Shown: one piece after another, positions 49,294-60,365 of the stretch | Layout of the letters: each line of letters opens with the position of its first letter | How positions within the stretch are numbered: the first letter of the stretch is position 1 | NCBI RefSeq assembly: GCF_963921235.1 | Contig: NC_086125.1 | Coordinates: 26,908,001-26,972,000 of the forward strand | Origin: Mobula hypostoma | Taxonomy: Eukaryota | Direction of reading: 5' to 3' | DNA length: 64,000 bases | Notes under the pieces: model-generated | What the model was told of the DNA's origin: nothing | Databases searched by the model: none | The model's input: the letters and a program-made list of their open reading frames with translations, nothing else | Translations under genes and position numbers: made by a program

Positions 49294-50300
49294 ATTGGTT
49301 CCTTAAGGTTGTCATAGCTGGGGGTAGTGGGGATAAGCTCGCACTTCCTATTAAATGCTCCAATGGCATGCATCTCAAATAGCCTCTGACAACCAAGTCC
49401 AACTCCTGGCCTTCAAGTGTAGCTTAGCTACTAAACCCGGTGGAACCATTTTTACTGACAGGAGAAAGGGCAAAGGGAGGTTGCTGGCACCTTAAGGCTG
49501 ATATATACTTGTGCATCAAATGTACGCCGTAGGTTATCGTGTACCCTACGCTATAGGGTGACATGCACCTCCCAAAAAATGTAACTCACACATCGTGGCG
49601 AAGCAGACCGCAACAACTGTGATTGGTTCGCTTGGTAGCATCGCATTTCCTCATACTCATTTCCGGTTGCTTCTCTCCGTTATGTCTGTACACTGATGCG
49701 AAATAAATGGTTGGAGACGATGAACCAAATCGTCAAATCTACCTGCTGACATCAGAAAATATTTGAAATGCATTTCCTCCTCCATGCCTGTCACGAAGGA
49801 AGTCGACATGGTGGCATAGAAACCCCACCACTAACTAGCGTTTTGGCGGTGAATTGCAGAGCAACACAGACACAACTATGCACGCTCGCTACGGCGTAGG
49901 GCTACGCAAGAGTATAAATCAGCCTTTAAAACCAGTCACTTCAGGCAGACGGGGCTCGTCAGCTTGGTTGGCAGATCATCTAGACGGAACACTCTGATCT
50001 GAAATCTCCACTGCCTGGTGGTTATACCCACTGATGGGAAAAGTTTTGGGAGTAAACCTTGAGGAAAAATCCGGAGCTGGAGATTCTAAGGCAGTCCTAC
50101 GTTGAGTTCAACATGACTGGCATCACTGGTGCCAAACCATATCAGTCTCTGCTGTTCCTTTGGATTCATCAGCTGCGTGGATAGGAGCAGCCTGCTGCAC
50201 GGGCAGCAACTTGCTCTCCATATTGTACAGCCCTGGCTTACGTATCAGCTAGGATGCAATATCCATGGTTGACCCCGACCAACGAAGGGCCTCAGGAAGT
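49294..50300 (+). mobile_element. RTE-like non-autonomous element inserted in CR1
   Basis: Direct repeat ctaagg at 49288-49293 and 50301-50306; CR1 resumes after it. Confidence 0.6.
49495..49925. mobile_element. PIF/Harbinger-type MITE (431 bp)
   Basis: TIR AGGCTGAT(A/T)TATACT, TSD TTA at 49492-49494 and 49926-49928. Confidence 0.85.
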
Positions 50301-50977
50301 CTAAGGCTTTATAAAACGTTGGTCCAACCACATTTGGAGTATTGTGAACAGTTATGGGCCCCGTGTTTTAATGATTTTATTTTATTCATCAATTTTTAAA
50401 TATTATTTATTCGGTGCGGAACAGGCTCTGCTGTCTCTTTGAGCCGTGTCGCCTAGCAAACCACCTTATCATAGCCTAATCATACAATTTACAATGACCA
50501 GCTAACTGGGTATGCCTTTGGACTGTGGAAAGAAACTGCAGCACCAAGAGGAAACCCACACGCAAAGGGGCATGAAATGTACAAGCTTGCTTACAGAGCA
50601 TGCCAGAACTGAACTCTGAACTACAACACCCTGAGCTGTAACAGCATTCCGCTAACATGGAGCTCTAAAAAAGGATACGCTGGCATTGAAAAGAATCCGG
50701 GTGTTCCTGAGAATAAAAGTGAACATCCAGACTTAAGAAAGTACTAACATACGAGTAGTGTTTTATGTCTCTGGACCTGTACTCACTAAAATGTAGAAGA
50801 CAGTTGGGGGATCACTTGGACACCCACTGAATATTGAAAGGCCTAGGTAGAGTGGAAGTGGAGAGCGTTTCCAGTAGTGGGAAAATCTAGGACCAGAGAG
50901 CACAACCTCAGAATAAAGGGGTGACTCTTTACTGCAGAGATGAGGAGGAATTTCTTTGGCCAGGCGTGGTGAATCTG

Positions 50978-51182
50978 ATGGTGTTGTGATATTATGGTCT
51001 TGTAGTATTAAAGTCTTCTGTTATTATGGTCTTGAGGTATTATGAACTTGTGGTCATGGTGTTGTGATATTGTCGTATTAGGGTCTTCTGGTCTTGTAAT
51101 ATTATGATCTTGTGGTAATATGGTCATGCGGTGTTGCTGTCTTGTGGTATTATGGACGCGCTACTATGGTCTTGAAGTATTA
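50978..51182. repeat. ~16-bp degenerate minisatellite (tatggtcttgtggtat) at the 5' end of the SWSAP1 intron
   Basis: Repeated ggtcttg..gtattat units, read directly. Confidence 0.85.
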
Positions 51183-51183
51183 C

Positions 51184-52053
51184 CTGCAGGGTTACAATGA
51201 CCTGGCACTGGGTGCTGGGGGAATGCCTCCCGTTGGCCCAGGCCGCAGTGTCCCGCAGCAGGGCAGCGAGCAGGGCCGCCTCTCCGCCCACGTCCCGGTC
51301 CCCCCGCAGGAACTCGTCGGCGCCGTCCAGAAGGATGAGGGCGGGCGGCCTGGCCGGACTTTCGTGTATGGAGGCCACGGCGTGCAGCAGCTGCCGGGCC
51401 GAGCGGGGGTACACCAACTGCAGTCGTCGCAGGCCGGGGGGCTCCAGCTGCAGCAGGGGGGCGGGCAGCGCCCGTACCGGGCGGGGGGCGAGTAGGAGCA
51501 CCCGCCCCCCGTCTCGGCCCGCCACCGCGGCGGCCGCCTGGAACAGTAGCCAGGTCTTGGCCTGGGACCTGGTCCCCAGCAACAGGCAGCCCCCCATGTC
51601 CGAGCCGCCCCAGATCCCGGGATCCACCGAACTCACGGGACCCTCAGCTTCACCGGGACCTACAGTCTTCTCCGGATCTTCAGTATTCCCGAGGTTTACA
51701 GCATTGCCGGGATCTTCAGTGTTCCCGGAGTTTATAGTAGTCCTGGCGTCTCCATTGTCTCTGGAATCTACGGCTTTCCCGGGATCTACAGCAATCTTGG
51801 AATCTCCAACATTCCTGGGATCTTCAGAGTTCCCCGAACTTCTAATGTTCGTGAAATCTCCAGTCTTCACAGTATCAACAGAACTCCTGGGATCGCAGGG
51901 TGGTGTGTTCGCAGAATCCCCCAAACCACTGGGGTTTCTATTATTCCCGAGACTTCCAGCGGTCCCGGGGCTTTCGGCATTCCTGGGACCGCCGCGGTTC
52001 CCCGCATCTCCAGGCCTGAAGGCGCCAAGAACGTGCAGCAGCACCGCGGCCAT
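51184..52053 (-). CDS. SWSAP1: SWSAP1 exon 1 (SWIM-type zinc finger 7-associated protein 1; RAD51-paralogue-like Shu-complex subunit), 290 codons
   Basis: Strong Kozak context (gcgATGg). LLLGTRSQAKTWLLFQAA...VLLLAPRP...YPRS...PALILLDGADEFL...AALLRDTAAW...CQVIVTLQ matches human LLLGTPGSGKTALLFAAA...PSLLLLDGLEEYL...ALLLDTAAHF...CGLMVALQ. Donor cag|gtaata. CpG-rich. Confidence 0.93.
51616..52011 (-). repeat. Coding 18-bp/6-aa tandem repeat in SWSAP1
   Basis: GNSEDP RNVGDS KIAVDP GKAVDS RDNGDA RTTINS GNTEDP GNAVNL GNTEDP EKTVGP GEAEGP VSSVDP. Confidence 0.85.
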
Positions 52054-53394
52054 CGCCGCCGAACCTGTTCCTCTTCCTGGTTCAGAAGCTGCAGGTTCCC
52101 GCTGTCATTTGAAACACTCACCAGCAACCGCGTCTATTTACTTAGCGGCCGGTGCAGTCTTCAAGCCGCTTCGATGGACCCTGACAGAACTTTAACAGCG
52201 AGCCCGAGAGGGAAATGCTTTTTTTTAAAAAAAACACGTTTATTTCTGGGCTGCGGGTGATACTGGTCAGACTGACATTTAATCGTCACGTTTTGGTAAA
52301 GACTAGCAATGGCACATTTACCCCCAAAACATTTCAGTGAAACAGAATTTTTTTAAACACAGTCTGGTTGTTGCATGACTGCCGTCAACACTCCACAATC
52401 ATTTAATTTAACCTACTGAGCCCACTATTCCTTTGTCTGGCTAACAGAAAACCGAAGTGCAGGTTTAAATGGGCCATGATCTGGAGGACAAAATATAATG
52501 TGTCAGGTGAATTGGTTCTGCGTTTCTCAATTTTTAAGCATTTGTGTGAATGATCTTACTGAAAGGACGCACGTAGACAGTCAGGGTGCCTTAGGGTAGT
52601 GGTAGTCGTGAGATCACTCGAGTTGATACTAAAGGGTTATCTGTTTATGGGTCCTCAGGCGGCTGGAGAAGCTGATTCACGATCCACATAGCCGGGATGT
52701 TAGGGTGAATTCCCCGAATGGAGACCCTTCAAGGGTCCCGAAGAAGGGTCTCAGCCTGAAGCGTCGACTGTTTACTCTTTTCCATAGATGCTGCTTGGCC
52801 TGCTGAGTTCCTCCAGCACTCTGTATGTGTTGCTTGGATTTCCAGCGTTTGCGAATTTTCTTTTGTTTGTGATCGGACTACCACACTGCCAAGTCTCCTC
52901 CAAGGATGCCTACCCTGAAGAAGATTAAATCTTCCCTTTGATGGGAGTTCAGTGAAACCCTCTCTCACCGCTCCTCCTCTGTGACCTCTACTGCCCTCCG
53001 GCCATGTCCTCACCCAAACCTGCTACCACAGCCTGGGAACATGCCTTCACTGCCATCTTGTACCACATGGCTTCAGGATTGTTTTTCAAGCTTCTCGATT
53101 CCGACCTTCTGAGGAGCCCAGGTACTCACATTCAATCGATAACTTCTCTCTCCAGTTTCTCCGTGCTACGCTTTCCGCCATGGGGTACCTGGGGTCCCTA
53201 TCCCACTTCCACCACTCCACTTTCTCTCTCCACCACCTGCAATTTTATAAGACCTGATGAAGAAAAACATTGACTGTTTACTCTTTTCTATAGTTCCTCC
53301 AGCATTTTGTGTGTTGTACCTCCTAGTTTTGGACCGTCTTACCATTGGGAATAGACTCCATCCTATCAAATCTATGCCTTCCGTAAATTGATAT

Positions 53395-55395
53395 AAAGTT
53401 CAAAGTATATTTATTATCAAAGTACATATATGTCACCATATACAAGCTTAAGATTTATTTTCTTGCAGGCATCATGGTAAATACAAGAAACACAATAGAA
53501 TCAATGAAGGAGAGTGCCCAACAGGACAGACAAAACAAACAGTGTGCAAAGGATACAAACTGTGCAAATACAAAAAGAAAGACAGACAAGAAAATAATAA
53601 TAGTAATATAAATAAGTAAGCAATAAATATTGAAAACATAAGATGAAGATTTCTTGAAAGTGAGTCCATAGGTTGTGAGAACAGTTCAGTGGGTGAAGTT
53701 ATCCCCTTTGGTTCAAGAGTCAGGTGGTTGAGGGGTAATTGCTGTTCTTGAACCTAGTGGTGTGGGTCCTGTACCTTCTTCCTAATGGCAGCAGTATGAT
53801 GAGAGCATGATCTGGGTGGTGAGGGGTCCTCGATGATGGATTCTGCTTTCCTGCGACAGTGCTCGGTATAGATGTGCTCAATGGTGGGGAAGGCTTCACC
53901 CATGATGGACTGGGCTGTATCCATGAGTTTTTGTAAGCTTTTCCATTTAAGGATATTGGTATTTCCATACCAGACCTTGAAGCAACCAGTTTCCACCACA
54001 GAAGTTTGTAGAAGTTTTAGAGTGACATGCTGAATCTTTGTAAACTTCCAAGAAAGTGGAGGCATTGCCTTGCTTTCTTTGTAATGACACGTATGTGCTG
54101 GACCCAGGATAGATCCTTCGAATAACACCAAGGAATTTAAAATAGTTGACCCTTTCCACCCTTGATTCCCACCAATAAGGACCCCCCGGTTTCCTCTTCC
54201 TGAAATCAATAATAGCTCCTTATTCTTGCTGACATTGAGTGAGAGGTTGCTGTGGCACCACCCAGCCAGATTTTCAAACTCCCTTTTATATGCTCATTCA
54301 TCACCGCCTCTGATTTGGCCAATGACAGCAGTATCATAAGCAAACTTAAAAATGGCACTGGAGCTGTGCTTAGCCTCACAGTCATAAATATGAAATGAGT
54401 AGATCAGGGGGCGATGCACATAGCCTTGTGCTACATCTGTGCCGATGGAGATTGTGGAGGAGATGTTGTTGCCAGTGTCAGAGCATGTAGAGGAGGCTTG
54501 ACCCAAAAGCAGAGACGATTTAGCAGTAAATGATATTTTACTAATAAACTGCAAAGTAACAAACCACAAAACAAGACAGAACAGATACTTCATATAACAA
54601 GGTGCCTGAAGTCTAAGAGTAACTGGTTGAGTTTGGCTGTTTCGATGGGTGAACAAAGGACTGCGGATTTGTGCTGGGTTTAAATTGGCTGCAGGTGATG
54701 AGTTGGAAACGAGTGGTATGTGTCTCCTGTTAGCTGGGTTGAGACTGGGAAGTGCCTTTGTGTGCAGGCCTGACAGCCAATCTAAACTGACTGCAGTCTG
54801 CAAATGAGATAATCGAGGATCCAGTTGCACAAGGAGATATTGAGGCTTACTGATTAGTTTTGAAGGGATGATGGTATTAAATGCCAAACTGTAGTCAATG
54901 AAGAGCATTCTGATGTATGCATCTTCACTCTCCAGATGTTCCAGGATTGAGTGAAGAGCCAATGAAATGGCATCTGCTATTGACCTGTTGAGACACTAGG
55001 CAAATTGGAGCTGATCTAAGTTTCTTCTCAGGTGGCAGCTGTTACCAGCCTCTCAAAGCACTTCATCAGGGTGTTGTAAGTGCTACTGGCTTCATCAGAA
55101 TGGACGTAAGTGCTATTGGATGATACTCATTTAGGTAGATTGCCACGTTCCTCTTAGGCACTGGTATAATTGAAGCCTGCTTAAATTAGCTAGGTACTTC
55201 AGACCACCAAAGCAAGCGGTTAAATATATCGGAGAACACTCCAGCCAGTTGATCAGCACAGGTCTTTCGTACTCAGCCAGTTACCCTGTCTGAGTCAGAT
55301 GCTTCACCCTCCTGAAGAATGCGCTCACATTGGCCTCAGGGACAGAAATCACAGGGTCATCGAGAGTTGTGGGTGTTCGTGAATATGCCTCCATG
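53395..55395 (-). mobile_element. Decayed Rex1/Babar LINE (RT and 3' end)
   Basis: [33 protein letters not shown]; QG.V..PLIYS; [12 protein letters not shown]. Confidence 0.85.
54476..54775. mobile_element. Solo LTR (300 bp) nested in Rex1
   Basis: Inverted termini TGTCAG...CTGACA; flanks gccag/gccaa. Confidence 0.7.
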
Positions 55396-56450
55396 TAATA
55401 TCTTTATTAGGCACACCTCAGCCTCCAGTTCCATCATTCCATAGGCTACTTCTGAACCCTCGTAATTTACTTTCTACTTTATACTGCAGTGTTGGTTGGA
55501 CTGCATCTGGAACATCATGAGCAATTCTTGGCCTTGTACCCAAGGAAAGATGTGGTGGCCCCACAGGGGCTGCCGAGGAAGTTTGCAAGAATGGTCTTAG
55601 GAATGGAAACCTAAGGAGCATTGGATATCTCAGGGCCTTACTCAAGTTCAGAAGGGTGGAGGGGTATCTCTTTGAAACCTGATGAATATTGGTAGTTTTT
55701 AACTGGAGTGAGTGGTTGTGACATGGGAGCAGAATTAGGCCATTGGGCCCATTGAATCTGCTCTGTTATTTCATCATGGCCGATCCATTTCCCTCTGAAC
55801 CCCATTCCCCCCCATTTCTTACACCCTGACTAATCAAGAACCGAGCGACCTCCGCCTATAATACACCTGGCCTCCACATCTGAGAGGATGTTCCCTATAG
55901 TGGGAGAGTCTAGGGCCAGAGAGCACAGCCTCAGATTACAAGGACGTCCCTTTAGAACACAGATGAGGAGAAAGTTCTTCAGCCAGAGGGTGGTAAACCT
56001 ATGAAATTTATTGCCACCGATGGCTGCAGAGGTCACATCATCAAATATATTTAATACAGAGGTTGATAGATTTACGATTGAAATCTGCAGAAGCGGGGAT
56101 GGGGTTGGTAAAGGGCTGAAGAAGAAACCAATCCCTTCCCAACTTCTAAGTTTATCCACCCTCCCCAACCCACCCACTTTACCCCTCATCTGCCAGCTTG
56201 TACTTCTTTCCCTCACATTGTTATTCTGCCTTCTTCCCTTCCTGCCCTGCAGAGATGCCGGCTGACTGGTTGAGTTACTTCAGTATCTAGTGTGAGAAGC
56301 CGGGGTAAACTTGACTTTCTATTGGTCCGAGTGGGCTGTTTCTGTGACGTATAACTCTATTTTATTTTAGTCTACTTCTTTCCATACCCCTTTTACCCGT
56401 GAGACTTTCCTCCCCCGTTTCTTTTTCCCTCTCGTTGCCCCACTGCGAGC

Positions 56451-56490
56451 ATGAATGAATGAATGAATGAATGAATCAATCAATTAATCA
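56451..56490. repeat. (GAAT)n/(CAAT)n microsatellite
   Basis: atgaatgaatgaatgaatgaatgaatcaatcaattaatca, read directly. Confidence 0.9.
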
Positions 56491-56620
56491 GGGCGGCGGA
56501 GGGAGGCGCATGCGCGGCGCGGGGCGGCCGGGCACGGCGTCCAATCAGGTGGCGCAGGAGCGGTGATGACGCGTCACCCGGGCAGCGGCTCAGTCGGAGG
56601 GCGGTGCGAGGGTCCTCAGC
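56491..56620 (+). promoter_or_regulatory. PRKCSH CpG-island promoter
   Basis: GC boxes (56491, 56522), NRF1-type GCGCATGCGC (56506-56515), CCAAT (56541-56545) and palindromic TGACGCGTCA (56567-56576); dense CpG. Confidence 0.75.
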
Positions 56621-56746
56621 GCCTTGGTTCGTCGCGGTAACGTAGCCCGGAGCTTCGGTCGATTCTCCCCTTTGCCCTCACCCGTCCCTCTGGCCGCCCC
56701 GGCATCTCGCAGCAGCAACAGCCGTTTGGACTCGCTCGCTGATCGG

Positions 56747-56855
56747 ATGGCGCTTACATCCGTGCTCGAGGCCCCGAGCCTGGGCCTGTTGCTGCTACTT
56801 GCCGTGGGCGCCAGCGCCGTGGAAGTGAAGCGGCCCCGCGGCGTCTCCCTATTGA
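56747..56855 (+). CDS. PRKCSH: PRKCSH (glucosidase II beta subunit) first coding exon, MALTSVLEAPSLGLLLLLAVGASAVEVKRPRGVSLL; the rest of the gene was not found in the window
   Basis: Signal peptide followed by AVEVKRPRGVSL, identical to human PRKCSH. Phase-1 donor a|gtgagt. PRKCSH is an EPOR neighbour in human. Confidence 0.92.
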
Positions 56856-58620
56856 GTGAGTACCCGGCGCAAATCGTGCAATGCTTTTCATACAGCGAGC
56901 GCCAAACCTTGCTTTTAGTGACCGTGCAACAAGTGTTTATTTTAAAGCGCGGTACCTAGCAACACATTTAAAATGCAGACCAAATGTTGGAGAATACCGC
57001 TGCTGCTTTCAAATCTCTTACTAGCTCTTCCTTCAGTTAGTCCCGACGAAGGGTCTCGGCCCGAAACGTCGACTGTACCTCTTCCTAGAGATGCTGCCTG
57101 GCCTGCTGCGTTCACCAGCAACTTTTATGTGTGCTGCAGGAAATGATCCCGTATTTCTGCGAGTGAGGGACCATTAGGGCAATAACATGCAGTGCAACTC
57201 GTTATACACTACAACTCATTTGGAATGCAATACAACATGTGGCGGAAAATTCCTGTATATATTGTTCTTAGTTTCAACAACAATTATACTTTGGATACAG
57301 TGTAGATATTGGCAAGCAACAGTATGAGGAATATTTAGCAGTTCCCCGCAAAGTATAGAGCAGTACCCACAATTTTGTGTGAACTAATTGTGAGATTGTG
57401 CAGATGCTGGAAATCCAGAGCAACACACGCAAAATTGCTGGAGGAACTCAGCAGGTCAGGCAACATCTATGAAAATGAATAAACAATGAATAAAATTGTT
57501 TTGGATAGAGACCCCGAAGGACTGGAAAGGAAGGGGGAAGACAATAAAATTAAAAAGATGGGGGAAGGAGGTGATAAATGGAACCAGGCAGGTGGGAAAG
57601 GGCTGGAAAAGAAGTATTCTGAAAGAGAGAGTGGACCATGGGAGGAAGGGAAGATAGAAGGGCACCCAGGGGAGGTGATAGGTGAGAAGAGAGAGGCTAG
57701 AATGGGGAATTGAAGAAAATGGAAGGGGTGAGGATAAAAAGAGAAAAAAAAGTACTGGAAGGAGAAATTGATGTTCATGCCATCAGGTTGGAGGCTACCT
57801 TGATGGAATAGGTGGTGTTGCTCCTCACCCTCATGGTAGAAGGTAGGAGGATCAGCATCTTGTATTCTATTTAGGTAGCTTCCAACCTAATGGCATGAAC
57901 ATCGCTTTCTTCAACTTCCTTTAATTTCTCTGCCCTCCCCGCTCTTTTTCTATTCCCCATTCTGGCTTATTTCTCACCTGGTCATGACCTCCCTCTGGCT
58001 TCCCCTCTTTCTGTTCTCCTGTTGTCCTCCCCTATCAGATTCCTCCTTCAGCCCTTCACATCTTGCACCTATCACCTTCCAGCTTCCCCCACACACCCTC
58101 CCCTCTTGGTCAGATCAGCCATGATTTTATTGAATGGTGGAGCAGGCTTGGCGGGCCAGATGGCCGACTCCTGCTCCTATTTCTTACGTTCTTGTGTTCT
58201 TACGTGTTTTTACCTATCACCTACCAGTTTGTACTCCAACCCCTCCTCCCACCTCCTTATTCTGACTTCTGCCCCCTTCCTTTCTAAACCTGATGAAGGG
58301 TCACAGCCTGAAACGTGGACTGCTTATACCATTCTATACATGCTGCCTGACTTGCTGAGTTCCTCCAGCATTTTATGTACGTTCATCAAGATTTCCAGCT
58401 TCTGCATAATCTCTTGTGTTTATGAAAAGAAAATTGTTATGAGGCGTGTGAGTGGTGTTAAAACAATGTTTCACTTTGGCCACTTTGTTCTGTGTATGCA
58501 TAATTAGCCTTTGAATTTGACATATCCAGTTGTTACTGGGAGATCAAGAGCCACACAGCCAATATTAGTGCTGGACAATGCCAGTAGGTATTGATTGAGG
58601 AAAAATAGTTCAATGGTTTA

Positions 58621-60365
58621 AACAAGAAAAAAATCTGCAGATGCTGGATATCAAAGTAATACACACAAAATGCTGGAGGAACTCAGCAGGCCAAGCAGCA
58701 TCTATGGAAAAGAGTAAAGAGTTGACGTTTTGGGCCAAGACCCTTCATCAGGACTGGAATGAGAAGGGTAGAGATGAAAAGTCAGAGTAAGAAGGTGGGG
58801 GGGAAGAGAGGAAGAAGTTCAGGGTTGTAGGTGATAGCTGAAACCGGGAGGGATGAAGTGAAGAGCTGGGAAGTCAGCTGGTGAAGGAGATGAAGGGCTG
58901 GAGAAGGGGGAATCTGATAGAAGAGAACAGAAGGTCATGAAAAAAGGGAAGGGGGAGGAGCACCAGAGGGAAGTGATGGGCAGGTATGCAGATGAGGTGA
59001 GAGAGGAAAATGGGAATGGTGATGGGGGGGGAGGTGGGGGTAAGTTATCGGAAGTTCGAGAAATAGATGTTCATGCCAACAAGTTGGAGCTGACCCAGAT
59101 GATTCCAGGTGTTGCTCCTCCAATTCAAGTTGGGAATGGGAAGTAGAATTGAAATAGGTGGCCGCTGGGAGTTCCCACTTTTTCTGGCGGATGGAACATG
59201 GGTGCTTGGCGAAGTGGTCTCCCAGTCTGTTGGGTCTCACCGATAGACAGGAGGTGACAACTGGGAGTACCGGATACAGCAGTTCACTCCAACAGAACAG
59301 GTGAAGTGTCGCCTCAGGTGGAAGGACTGTTTGGGGCCTGAATGGTAGTGAGGAAGGAGGTGGAGCACTTGTTCTGCTTGCAAGGGTAAGTACCAGGAGC
59401 AAGATCAATGGGGAGGGACAACTGGACAAAGGAGTCACACAGGGATCCCTGTGGAAATCAGAAAGTGGAGGCAGGGGAGGGAAATGTGCTTGGTGGTGGA
59501 ACCCCATTGGAGATGGCAGAAGTTACTGAGAATAATGTGCTGTACACGGAGGCTGGTGGGCTATTATGTGAGGACGATAGGAGCCCTATCCCTGGTGAGG
59601 TGGCAGGTGGATAGGGTGAGGGGAGACGTGTGTGAAATAGAAGAGATGCGGGTGAGGGCAGCATTGATGGTGGAGGATTAAAGCCCCTTTCTTTGAAAGA
59701 GGACAGCTCGTTAGTTCTGGAATGAAAAGCCTCATCTTGAGTGCAGATGCATTGGAGATGGAGGAATTGAGAGAAGGGGATGACATTTTTACAGGTGATT
59801 GGGTGGAAGAGGTATAGTCCAGGTAGCTGTGAGAATCAATGGGCTCATAAAAGATGTGAGAAGATAAACTGTCTTAAGAGATAGAGACAGAGTGATCGAG
59901 AAAGGGGAGGGAGGTGTCAGAAATGGACCGGATAAATTTGAGGGCAGGGTGGAAGTTGGAGGCAAAGTTGAAGTCGACGAGCTCAGCCTGGATGCAGGAA
60001 GCAGCACCAATGTAGTCATTGATGTAGCGTAGGAGAAGTTGGGGAGTGATACCGCTATAGGCTTGGAACATAGAATGTTCCACGTCGCCCACAAAAGGCG
60101 GGCATAGCTGGGATCTGTACAAGTGCCCATGGCTACACCTTTTGTTTGAAGAAAGTGGAAGGAGACAAAGGAGAAATTACTGAGCGTAAGGAGCAGTTCT
60201 GCCAGATGGAGGTGGTGGTGGTGGAGGGGAACTGGTTGGTTCTGGTGTTCATAAAGAATCCGGGGAGGGTTTTGCTGCCTTCCTGATGAGAAATGAAGGT
60301 GTATAGAAACTGGGCAACTATAGTGAACATGAGATGGCCGGGGAACTTGAAGTCATTGAAAAGAT
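58621..60365 (-). mobile_element. Decayed Penelope-like element (RT + GIY-YIG) with a hammerhead-bearing terminal repeat
   Basis: KGVAMGT..PSYA, LLRYINDYIG (YIDD), FHPALKF..SISD.SLPFLD and YLDYTSSHP across frameshifts; endonuclease remnant near 59200-59340; HHR-like motif at 58720-58756. Further terminal-repeat copies at ~57395-57830 (-) and ~57840-58420 (+). Confidence 0.85.

Noticed and set aside
49400-49470. Possible HDV-like or twister ribozyme in the RTE-like head (ctcctg...ctga-caggag)
   Set aside because: P2 and a J4/2-like CUGA are suggestive, but no valid P1 (G-start), P3 or GG P1.1 could be built, and the twister L4/GAGGG are not matched. A covariance search on the family consensus would be needed.
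51124-51183. C-terminal 19 aa of the 309-aa ORF
   Set aside because: Intron read-through into a minisatellite; SWSAP1 homology continues in the exon at 43955.
51197-52195. 332-aa + strand ORF antisense to SWSAP1 exon 1
   Set aside because: It starts near the donor, has no recognisable domain, and is explained by GC richness plus the stop-free 18-bp repeat on the opposite strand.
54294-54962. 222-aa ORF
   Set aside because: Chance read-through of Rex1 RT fragments across a nested solo LTR.
56320-56352. ATTGG and TGACGT motifs upstream of the PRKCSH promoter
   Set aside because: They fall in a CR1-like 3' tail and are likely coincidental.
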